DNA from: Balanoglossus misakiensis
Lineage: Eukaryota > Animalia > Hemichordata
Length of the DNA stretch: 64,000 bases
Direction of reading: 5' to 3'
NCBI GenBank assembly: GCA_040954595.2
Contig: CM082579.2
Coordinates: 4,639,227 to 4,703,226 of the forward strand
Below are positions 30,501 to 50,838 of the stretch, one piece after another (the first letter of the stretch is position 1; the number at the start of each line of letters is the position of its first letter). The position numbers and the translations under genes were made by a program. Under the pieces are notes generated by a model. That model was not told the origin of the DNA. It saw only the letters and a list, made by a program, of their open reading frames with translations, and did not search any database.

Positions 30501-33500
30501 GTAAACGTCACACTGCGCATGCAGAATGAAGTGCCCGCCCGCGTTAAGCATATAGCCATCGACTCGCCACGGGTTACCGTAGCAACCACGCGTCGATCGC
30601 AAATGATATCCATCGATCTCGTAAACACACGCCCGTATGTTGAAATCCGGTGAGAATGCGTCGTCTCGCATTGTAGTTCGCGTGTGTAAGTCTGACGTTC
30701 GATAGACTTTCTTTGGAGCCATGTCGTACTCCTACGCGAGTTATCGTTCGCTGTTCCTCCAGCGGCCGACTTTGCTGCCGTTTGCCCTGAAGACCCCGTC
30801 GCAGTCGGACTACCTGGCCTGGCGCACACGCAGGCACAGCGTGCAGGAAGACAGGGAGGAGGTAGGGAATGTTTTGAGATACATGTACGTGTAAACTCAG
30901 AGAACGTACGTATAAGTATATACCGGCTTCTGGTTAGGATAAGCCAAAGTGTGTGTATATGCGTTGTTAGCGACGATATTATCACTGACACCTGTTGTCG
31001 TGGAAGCGCCGGTGGTATTTCTCGGTGTCTGAGTGAATGTAAGGAGGATCGTACGGCCTCGCTGTCTGCACATTCCACTCTGTCCGCGTAAATCAGGATC
31101 CGCGAATCCCCCTAACTTGGAGGAGGCGCGATCATGGGGGAGGGGGGAGGAGATGACAGCAAGGAGTATCGCAGACAGTTCACCACAAGACTGGTTTCAA
31201 TGATGGAAATATAACCAGTCCCCACACAGCGGTTTTCTGACAGTATTCATTCGCATCTCGCTAAAATTTGCCTTAATTGCAGCTGCACGACGCAGGATAG
31301 GCGACTACTCCGATCATTTATCAAAATAAAAAACCCTGTTTTATTACAGCGACCGTAAAGTCCCGTTTCAAACCACGTGACCACAAACGGAAAAAAATAA
31401 AACTACTTCCTCTATATTCTTGCGAACCATAAGAATTTTATGCGAGGATCATTTTCCGCGACTGATCTGCATCGGTTCCCCCAGAGGAATGAAATTTCCG
31501 GTTTAATTCCAGAACGCGTGTTCACAGCTACTGTGTTTTCTTCTGTACGTGTTTTTTTTTCTAGGGCTGGGTGACCGTTATGCTATATAGCGTTTCTCGG
31601 TTATCGGTGAAGTGCACTCGTCGACATATTTACCAGGATCAAACGAGATTTACAGGAGATAGCATTGTTTGCTCTGTGATTGTACTCTGCCCAAAAAGTC
31701 ATTACTGAGATAAGAACACTGGTAATGAACCCTATTTACAACTGTGAGTTGACGACACCTGGTTTTTTAAACAAAACATTGTCGGCATTCCATTGCTAAC
31801 GTTCCCCTGCCAGAGTTTCGACTAACAACACATCGAGACCAGAGACTGTTTCATATGGAGAATCTGAAACTGCTGAATGAAATCCTGATTAATCCTCACT
31901 GTCGAACGCGCGGTGTTTGTAACGTGACGACGATACTGCTATATTTGCATGTTACTTATAACATTCATGTGCATTTGAAACCTTGGCACTTCGATTTATT
32001 TTGTGCACCTAACCCGACCTTGTTCGATTGCGCCTTTTTGTCTCAACTCGGACAGAATTCAATACTTCATATTCAGCAATTTCGCATACGTGCAGAAATG
32101 AGAATATGTCCAATTATATATAGGGCATATTTTTATATGCAACCATGAAGAGTGAATGGATCGATCGTATCGGTTTACTTTCCTGATGTCTGCGCCGTTA
32201 AACCAAATGTTTGCCAACACATTACGACCCTGTGCAATTACTCCCCGATCAATATTTAATTGAAAATCCTTACTCAGAGAATGGTTCAGTCTATATGGCA
32301 TTTTACCATCCACGTTTCAGATGCTCACGTGTTCATAGTGTAGTTTGTGGCGAAACCCCGTCGAAGAAAACGAGAGGACGTGACTTTGACATGAATTGAA
32401 TGCATCACAAATCCTCCTACGGACATTTTAGGTCCTATTGCCGCGGCTAATGTTGTTTGAAGAAGTCATTCTGTTCCACTGTATGTATTTACTGTCTGTG
32501 CAGTTTAGCCCCACTTCGCAAATTTATTTTCCCGTCTAAAGAGCAACGCTCACATAAAAAATAATGGAAAAGGGTACCAGACTCTTCGGACGGGTCACTT
32601 TGAATTTTGACATTTCACTCTTCGGACGAGCTCGAAGTCTGGGCGTGGGGAGTACAACAGTAAGATGCCAACGATGTACAAACCAAATAAACACACACAT
32701 ATCCATAGAATATCATACAAGGTGAGAACTGGAAAAGTCATTGGACTCTGACATTTCTGGTCATTTCACTCATTTTATCGTTCCAGCAATGTTGGATTCT
32801 GCAGTGCTTCAAAGTGACTCGAAGGTAGCAGTTTCTTCGTTGCAACCGCACGAGGGCGCAGTAGTCTGTGACCGACTCTGAGGATTTACCGCTAATCTGC
32901 TTCCTTTTCTAGTTTCCGTGTTAACGTCAACACCTCTAATTAATAGTAACACCTTGTCTGGTTAAATATTTGGTGAGCGCTGGTATTTACAAAACGGTAA
33001 ATTCCGACCATGTCTGCGCTCGGTGTCATATTGTTCTGCAGTATCGGTGGCGCTTTTTTTCAAAGATGGATTTGACATTTTTTCAAACGTTAAGGGAAAT
33101 TACTGAGATCATTTGCGTCCTCAAGCGAGGAGGTAAATAAATGCCGACCACACAAACACACAATGCCGTCCCTCTCATTGATTAGTAATCAGATACATTC
33201 AAAGCTAGATTTAATAGAGAGAGGGGGAAAGAGACGCGCGACGCGATCATGAGGTCAAAGATTATGACAGCCAAGCTGTCAATAAAGACCGCCAGGTAAA
33301 CACTCCGCGCGTCGGAAAGTACAGAACGGACGACTCCACAGTGCTTCCGAGGCGGCCGTAACGAGGAAATGAATCGCCAGGGAGCTTTGCGTGAATACTT
33401 GAACTACATCGTCAGACGTCCTAGATATTTAGAGGTGGGTGTATTCCTGGCCGAAATGGTTGCTTTTTGGATTCAGTGTCTATCTTTGTTGTCATTGACA

Positions 33501-36500
33501 GCATTAAACATCGTTTGTTACCGGCTAATAGCGTGCTACTCGCAATGTAGTACTCGTCAACCGCTCGGAAACATTTTGCCATTCCATCGCACATACACAA
33601 AACCACGCCGTAATTTCGTTTGCCGGGAATATTTTTTGCCCCTGTACCGCGTTAATTGAGATTGATTGTTGTGCGTACGCCATTGTTTGGTCATGCATAT
33701 ATGTATTATCACCTTGCTGTGGAAGACAATAATTTTTGAAATCCCATTGGTTAATTCTTAATTGCCGAGGATTTGACCATCAGCTCGTTAGGTCGGTTTG
33801 TCCGTAACTGCTTTTGTCTCGATCAACAACAGTCATAATCCCTCTCGAGCCGCTGTCTGTACGCGAAACAAGTGCCATTATCCGCAATTTCAACGATTAA
33901 AACCCGCTGGACCATGTCACTTATTTTACCTGTGCTGACAAAAAACGCCCAAGGTGTACGTACTCCCCCGGGGCCTATCTCTCTACCTCTGAGTTTCTGT
34001 TGCCGTTTCCCCTCGGAGACATTCTGTCTGCCTTTCGCACCACCTGTCTGTCTTTTATCCCTTTTATATAAATCTGGTCTCCTTGATATCAGCTACTGTC
34101 TTCGCGTAAACAACATGCACCGGGGTTATTCAACGTGTGGACCGTGACAGTTCTGCGGTGAAACCTCCAGTGCGGGTCCAGTCCTGGTTGGTGTGATATT
34201 TTGAACCACGTCGTGAGAATGAGCTGTTCGCAACATGTGCGACTGTGTCGCTCCGAGGCGAGATGTAACGGCCATCGGTCGTTTACAATGCATGAGGTGC
34301 GTCTCACAAGTTCATGATTGGCCGCACTCATTATGGAGCCACCCAATGCACCCATGATATACCCCAGGTCTACGCGCACTCCTCTCTGGATATTGTGTTT
34401 AATCTAGAACTCGGTCCCTGCGTCGACATGTTTCTATGAAGGACTAAAATATCTCAATTGTTTTGATCAATAACAAATCACCACGCTCGTAGGCAGGAAC
34501 TCAACTTGATCCAACCAGCCAAGTAACAACGTCCATTGCATGTTCTGTCCAACACTTTGTTGGCATTTTTTCCGCGGCCGGCTCGACGCATCGCCGTTGC
34601 CAGTGCACGTTATCAGATACAGGCTCGACAGGTCGGGAGGTTACACCTAATCATGATGATTTTTGACCGTGCCCTATTGTGACAGAGGTTGAAGGTGCAC
34701 TTACTCAATAACGAATATTGACTGCGAATCGATTGATAAGTTCATAGATCGCTCGGTATTTTGTCACTAGGATCCCGATATCAAAGTGGTTATTCACCGG
34801 TGGTTCTTTCGATTCTTATTCCGAGTGGAGTTTGTTTTGAGTAAAAGTCAAAAATTAGCTGTCATTTATCCGACAAGAAAGTATAAGTATAATAGTATAG
34901 GCCTAAGCTTGTCTGTTTTGTTTTTGGTTCCAGCCGCTCGAAAAATTGAAGAGGGTTGCCCGCACAGTGCGAGTGGTTGCTGGAATATGCCTTGCTCTGA
35001 AGAGGTAGGTAACATCACAACGATAAGTTAATTACACTTTCCCACGCGATATGATCAGACCACCTCTTTATAAAACTTTTTTTTGTCATTTTTGTGGTTT
35101 ATGTCGAAGTTTTCTTCTCCTTCCTTGCGAATCATGCGCAATTTAACCCATCTTACGTTAATTTTATTTGTTGTTTGTCAAACGATCACGAAACATCATT
35201 TTGACTCAGCGCTGTGCATGAATGCGTACGCTATGGGAGAATGATACTTCATGTTTTACCGATATAGATTTGAGTAATCGTGGTCTGTCGTCCGACAGTT
35301 TGCATAACCTATTATAACCGACAAACGTTTTTCTCATTAAAATAGCATCACGGGCACTGATTTAAATAATCACCTGCGTGACAGCTAGCCCCTGATATCT
35401 TGATAAATAGGCGCTTGTTCTAACAATCGTGATCAACGTACGTAACGCGGGTAAAATCAGCGGATAAATATCTCCAGCCTGACGCTGTCGGTGTATGTAC
35501 ATTCAAAGGGCGTGCTTTTGTTGATTTTCGTTTCTATAGTTACGTGAAAGAAGCCGAGACAAAGCAATGGTCACTGGTGGAAATGCAGCTCAACCTCCAA
35601 GCGGACCTGAAAGACAGCCTCGCTTTCGATATTAATTTATTCAAAAAGTTCAGGGTGGTAAGTACATGTAAATTACGAATTGTCTTTGGCTGTTCCGCGG
35701 CCGAGCCTTCTAGCCACTGCATCGGACTTGTTTGTAGCAGCCACGCCAAAACAAAAATGTTATTGTGTGCTTGTTTTAATTCCAATTAAACCACGCTACT
35801 CAGAGAAAAATACTTCACATTCTCGAGTATTAACGTAAAAGCGGAAAACAATCTCTCCCAACTGCTTGTATTTCAGACACGCGGCAGTGAAAAGCTGAAA
35901 AGTATTCTCTTGACGAAGCCCGCAGACAGGACAAACGAAGACATACAAGTTGTAAGTGCTGTTCGAGTTTTTAAGCAAATACAGTGGGACGGATGTAAAA
36001 AATGTCCCGAGATTGTCCAAATTTCAAGTCAAAGAGAAGTATTCCGAAGATTGAACCTGGTGTGTGTCGGAGGCAGACACGAAAACTGGTATCGATTGGT
36101 TCGCATTCCTGATGCAAAGGATTCTATTAATACTTGACAGATAATGCGTCATCTTTCCGACCACAAACCAACGCAAAATCAACGTCGTATAGCTGTCACG
36201 GTGTCTGTCTTCACATTTCGACTTTTTGCCGTCTCTATCAGAATCATATCGAAATAGTAAAGCTACTTATAACACCATCATGAACCCTTCGTTTCTGTAG
36301 GTCATGGCGCTCTTAAGGAACAATAAAACTTTCCAAGAGTATCCTGCAGATGTGCAATTAGAGTTAATCAAATGTATGGTCTATCAAAGGTAAACTCCAT
36401 ATGAAAAATACCTCTGATTACGTGTTTGTTATTTCACTATAAAATTATTCTAGTATACACACTGCTTCAGAAAATATGGCACTAAAATCTGCAGAGGCGT

Positions 36501-39500
36501 ACGACGGATTTCACAAAATTTGCAAAAATCTCGGATGGTGCCTAACATACAGTTATAATGAAAGACCAAAGGCCATTCGGTACAATAACAAATTGATGTT
36601 TAATCTATAGGTATGAAGCTAGACGAATAATTTTAAAACAGGGTCATCGGCCGTTTGCGTTTTATATCATATTGTCGGGGACGTGCCTTGTTAATGTCCA
36701 AGAGATCGATTCGAAGACCGGGAAACCCATGGTGCGCACTATAAGAGAGATTACGGCGGGTGACCATTTTGGGGTAAGTCTGGCGACGGACGGAATACAA
36801 GACGTTACGAGACGCCTACATGTACTTTGAAAGAGAATTGGACATTTTCATATTCTTGGTCAGTATTTTCTCGATTTCGGGCGAATTACTTTGACCGAGA
36901 AACCTGCTCGATAGCTTACACGATTTAAAATGGAAGTGATTGTAATATTTTGGCGTATATTGTACCTTCACAGGAAGTCGCCTTCATGAACAACTCCACC
37001 AGAACGGCGAGTGTCGTGTGTAAAGACGACGTTGAGCTTCTTGTACTTCACGCAGAAGTAGGTTCCTTCTTGATGTCCATTATCACTGATTTTTTCCTCT
37101 CATGCGCGGACGATTTTTTTTGCCGTTGAGCAAAATATTTTACGTGTGATGACCTAATTAATTTGACACGCGCGTTCACCACGAAGTCACGGAATTTAAA
37201 TATAAACTGACAGACGGGCCCACCTGTTGGTAAGGATTGAGCAATCGTCACTGTCTGGCTAAATAATTGAGACCGACAATTCTGATTGGTCAATTACTTT
37301 CCACACACCTGGATCAGGTAGAACACCGCACAGCACACCACACCACGAAGTCACAAAATTTAAATATGTATTGAAAACTCTCATGCACTGCCAGACAGAC
37401 GCACCTGTTGATGAGGTTCCTATGGATCAACAAGGAGATTGAGACTCTAACATGCGGTGGCCAGTCCCCTGTTGTGAAATGTTTAATGTCGCCACCAACG
37501 GCTCGTATGACAAAATAGCACTCTAGCAATATGACCTATGCCAACAATTTTTTGAACTAACTCTTTGCACCAATTTTCCATTTCTAAAACAGGACTTTAA
37601 TCGGATCATCCGGCATCCGTTGGAGCAGAAACGCGACAATTTTATCGACTTCTGTAAAACCTTAGATTTGTTCCGAAACTGGCCCATCGAAAAATTGCGG
37701 GAAAACAGACAAGTGTTTACCTACCAATATTACATGTGAGTATTTTGCTGCCATTTAGAGAGATACATGGAACTGTGTGCATTATGTAGATTTGTAATAA
37801 GACTCTTATCATACTGATGTATGTTTGTTTTTTACACTAAATTCACTCGCAGGAAAGACGCTGTCATCGTTGAGAATGCTAAAGACTCGAATAGTATAAT
37901 CATCGTTAAAAGTGTGAGTATAGATTTTTCTCAATAATTCAATCAGCATTTATAAAGAAATACATGTAACTGAGGCTAAATTTGCATAACGTGACCGAAT
38001 ATCCTTAATTTATTCATGCCAGGGCAAATGCAAGGTGGTTGCCAAGATTTGCGAAGTCAACGCGAGGCGAAGGCCGGTGTCTGGCGGTCACCTTCAATCA
38101 CATTTCCCGTTAATTGAACTTCGGAAAAGAAGAGATTACTTGTCACCAAGAAGTGGTGAGTAAGAAAAGTCTAGAGTGCTGTTAAAGTGCACAGCTTGCT
38201 ACAGAAAGCGTCTTGCGTTTTTTTTCTACACGGCACTTTTATGTTTACTGTTCACGTGATGTGCTCAATCATACACGTAAAAAAATCATATAGGCTAACT
38301 GACATATTATTTTTCTAAGCCAAACAATATTGGAGGTCAAATACCTCAAACCTATGTCAAAATAAAGACTCGTCAGCGGAAACAAACTTTTTTGTGACGG
38401 AAAACGTGTGTTTCTGTTCTTGAAGCTGACATGGATCCGATCGGATTTGAAGGTTTGTTGTCAGAAATTGATCATTCATTCCTCTGTGACTAAAATATCA
38501 TTCTGGCCGATCTGTCGGTTTGTCAACTCGGTGAACACAAACATACTATTATAAATAACGCATTTCAAATTTTACAATATTCAAATCTTGTTTGCTTATT
38601 ATTCAAAGTTTCGGTACCTCCTGCACGGGAGCCTTATCAGTACACAACCACTTCATATTACACGGGACAGACTTCGCCATCACCAAAACCAGCAAAACCC
38701 AAGGTGGCCTTTTCTAAACGAGGGTCCAACGGTTCGAGACATCTTCAAAGACCAACCGTCCCGAAGGTAACCCATTTTTTTATTTCCTTCATTATTTTGT
38801 TACCCAACTCCAATGCTGAGCGATGGACCAATATACATGTACTCTTCATACTAACGGCAAATTCTCACTTCCATTTCACCCACACGCTGCCAGGATGAAG
38901 TGTCTACTTTTAGAAATCCGCTTTTAAATGACTTCGAGCACGAGAGACGTCTAAAGATCATTGTACGACATAGAATTTGATCACGTGGTAGAGGCTCTCC
39001 TTCGACGTCATGTTCAAAAACGCTGCTCGATCGAGCCAACCAGGGCGAACGTTGCGTTGATGGAGAGCGTCACCACGTGACAAAAAAGCATTTGTGTATT
39101 TTGTTCTACAATGACGTGTTTTTTTCCGTCAGTGGTTGTAATCTGTGTTTGGTTGTAATGTGTTGTGATGCATGTATTGTCGTAAACAGCAAATTTGTTT
39201 CGCATAGCTGTATATTTTTATATAGGTTTTTTTTCTTCTTCCAAACAGTGGACCTATACAAATGCAAACTATTTTTCGTGTTTTATCGTACCCTTGGTTT
39301 CCCCCAAATAGTTCGAACCGTGTTCTTTATTTCTGTTGTCGTACATGTATAAAATAACCTCAAATCATAAACCTCACCACGCAAGAGCAGATTGAAATTA
39401 AAGTATTATTTTTACTGTTAAATCCCACCATGGCAGAGTACTTTAGAGCTGATGACCGGACGCAAGCTGAAGACCACACCGGTCACAAAACCGCCACCGT

Positions 39501-40509
39501 CGCCCCAGCCACCTGCTTTGTCGTCGAGAAACAGAACTCCGTCGCCGAATTCTGTAACCACGAGAGAATTGACGCCCACACCAGATTCAGCATCGGAAGA
39601 AACTGGTCCCTCGGCGGAAAAGAAAGTCAAGCTGCCAGATTCGGGAGTGAAGCGAACCTGGAAGCGGTTACAAATTGCTGCCAAAACGCTGCAACTTAAA
39701 GAAGATGGCCAGGTATGTTGAACTTGCCTCTCTTCATCTTTGTGATGTTGTGTATGACCCATGTTAATGAAGGACGAGTCATTTTAGTATACCATACAGT
39801 AAGGTTTATTCGTCTCAGATTTCACCCAATAGTATTACTTGGTCCATCTTCTCTTACAGCAACCCAAACCGAAATCCTTTTCGGGCCATCCCAGTCGATT
39901 CAAAACAGTTTATGCGCAAATTGCCACCATGTCCTCCGGTGCTGTCTTCGTAAGTAGTCTGAATTCCAAATTTCGAGAAACCATTATTTGAAAGACAGCA
40001 AGATATTTCGTTCCACAGAAAGTCTGGTAGGCGGTGGTTGCTTCTAACGTCCCTTTCCTGTTTTTCCTTGTCCTCTGCAGGGCTTGGAGCAGAACAATTA
40101 TCAAAATCTCAGTTTGATCAGCGAAGGATGTGAGTGCATTCTGCTCTCCAGGAAGTTTTTCATTGCGGAGGCCAACTCCAATGTCCTGCAATCCATCAGC
40201 ATAATGGTGAGTGTAATCATGTGAATGAAATGAAAAGTCAAGAGCTTCGGTCACTCAGGTTGCTTCACGATGACGACACTGTTAATTGGCCGCTGCAGGT
40301 CAAGAGGATTGGACAGTCGAGCTTGGAACTTTAGCCCGCTCTTCCATGTCTGTATTAAAATCGACAAATTCCTTGTGTTTCAGACGAACAACTTTCCATC
40401 TTCTGACGACACTTTGCAAGAAATCAAGAGAGCGAGAGACTGGAAGAAGTATAAAAGTCGCGTGGTTCGAGACGTGATGTCTAGAACACCAAGGAACGCG
40501 TCTTATTGA
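27580..40509 (+). CDS. Cyclic-nucleotide-binding-domain protein (CNBD1/CNBD2-like), paralog B
   Basis: Exons 27580-27849 (probable first exon), 34934-35004, 35540-35657, 35877-35951, ~36301-36389, ~36611-36774 (YEARRIILKQGHRPFAFYIILSGTC...AGDHFG), ~36973-37056 (EVAFMNNSTRTASVVC), ~37593-37735, ~37853-37913, ~38023-38155, ~38426-38452, ~38609-38766, ~38894-38962 (uncertain), ~39437-39712, ~39860-39949, 40081-40206, 40384-40509. Core exons are firm; exon 1 and the 38.3-39.1 kb exons are less certain. Confidence 0.82.
30573..30586. promoter_or_regulatory. RFX X-box GTTACCGTAGCAAC (NRF1-like CTGCGCATGCAG at 30513-30524); candidate internal promoter
   Basis: Exact match to GTNRCC-NN-RGYAAC, 135 bp upstream of a GCCATG-initiated exon-like segment. 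Confidence 0.6.
30721..30861 (+). CDS. Candidate alternative first coding exon of CNBD paralog B (MSYSYASYRSLFLQRPTLLPFALKTPSQSDYLAWRTRRHSVQEDREE)
   Basis: GCCATG start, 47 open codons, GAG|GTAGGG phase-0 donor compatible with the phase-0 acceptor at 34934. Confidence 0.55.
37177..37416. repeat. Degenerate intronic direct repeat (two copies starting 37177 and 37341)
   Basis: caccacgaagtcac(gg/aa)aatttaaatat ... cacctgttg occurs twice, 164 bp apart. Confidence 0.7.
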
Positions 40510-41578
40510 TCCTGACTGGTGGCATGCCACAGAGCTTGATGATGTTAATATTTACAAGCCAAAAGCTTCGCGCTGAATGGACACAAGCAACTTGATGCTG
40601 CATTTCATATTGTAACTGCAGGCTTTTTATACGCTGGTATTTATGTAAGTTTTCAGTATTAAAGATTTTTTCTTTGTGATAAACTGTTGTATCAATGATT
40701 ACTTTGGCAGCTCTTGTGAGCATGATCTATTTACATAAACATGACATCACTTCAAAAACTTTTACACTCAGCTCATCCCTAGAAGCATGAAGGTAAATAT
40801 CAGCAAACTCAAAATCATGAGTTATACATGATAGTTACTATTAACACAGTCACATTAATGGGGGATGGGGCAAGTGTTTCTTAAAAATACAAAACATTTA
40901 TTAATGACAAAAAGCAAGAAAAAAATATTCACTTCTAAATTCCCTGGTTCTTCCAATGGAGCCATGTACAAGCTAAATAAATACAAGAGCTTTACGTGAC
41001 ACAGGAATAGAGATATCGACACAACACCACGAAACATGGTGAAAATTGGTAGGCAGTTTTAGTTATATATTACGATTGAGGATATCTTTTAAAAGTACTC
41101 AAGACACGGCCTTGTACTGTGGAACTCTCCCTACACATTAAAATATAGCATTTTATTCGTATTAGAGAAGATACTGATCAATCTTGCGTCACAGACTCAG
41201 GATCTTCGCAACCTCCAGAACGGGATATCGTCAGATCAAAGTTCAGCAGTCGTCACTTCTGCAGTCTTGGGTGAATAAAAAAAGCACGACTGCAAAAACT
41301 GTCTGGACCACTGAAATAGTCTGAAAGTGAAAACTTACACATGAAACGAAACAGCACATGGCTTGAGGAATTTTGGTCCAACACCGTACACAGATTTTTA
41401 AAAATATTTTCTTTGTGTGTGTGTGTGTGATTGTATGTATTTGCTTGCAACGACGGGTCAAAATTATCGGGATCTTTACAATCAATCAAGGTAGCTAAGC
41501 ATTACTCAATGGTGTTCCCCGAATGTTGTGATACACATTCCTTTCATGCAGTTGAAATAAGTCGCAGCCACCTCTGGT

Positions 41579-50093
<8,515 letters not shown>

Positions 50094-50838
50094 TTTCGCC
50101 AATATTATTGTCTATCCGTTAGGCGCGCGTCTTTGTTCATCCGCGGATTTTCAGCCGACAAGGCGCGATATCCGATGATTTACCGGAAATTACCGACACG
50201 TTCCGAACTAGCGCCCTCTTCGTTGAATATTGACTTTAGTCAGCTGTCAGGTCAGCTGTACATGTGAGCTGAACACTTGTAAACAGTACTGAGATAAATG
50301 GGATGAAGGTAGATGATGCATAACTGATCAGTTACTGGAAAAACGATCGCAGACACCATTATTCGAAGATCACTAGACATCGGACATTTGACTAAGCAGG
50401 TAAAGCACAACACAAATACACCCTGTCCATGTCATGTGTACATATCATATGTGCGCCTGTCAAAGCATCAAAGAAATGTACATGTACTCAATCGTGACTG
50501 TCACAGTATGTATGGTCAAAAGGCCATGTCTACATGATGTATGTCTTTGAATCACCTAGTGATGGTGAACTCTTTTCTGTATAGCCACCCATAGAAAATC
50601 TATTATTGGCTAGATCTCCACTTTCTATGGTTACTGCATGTGGCCAAATGTATCCTGGTTTGTGCATGATTTTGCACTAATGGTTTTGAATTCACTTTCA
50701 GTTTCTTACAGGTCAGTGGACCACATATATGAAAAAAAGAAGTCTTTACTTTAATGAGGAATCTGAGACTTATTATCTGCATATGTGACAAAGATGAAAA
50801 TGCCATAGCTGCAGCAGCATTCTGTAAGGCTTGGAATC
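50094..50838. promoter_or_regulatory. Head-to-head (probably bidirectional) promoter region of ISWI and GPN2
   Basis: Divergent ATGs 745 bp apart; CpG-rich core about 50090-50230; CAG|GTAAAG donor near 50400 suggests a non-coding first exon of GPN2. Confidence 0.7.

Noticed and set aside
30326-31078. 250-aa minus-strand ORF
   Set aside because: No recognisable domain, non-ATG start and random-looking composition; better explained by the plus-strand promoter and exon it overlaps.
33042-33132. Exon-like segment (MDLTFFQTLREITE...) with GTAAAT donor
   Set aside because: Ends in phase 1, incompatible with the phase-0 acceptor at 34934.
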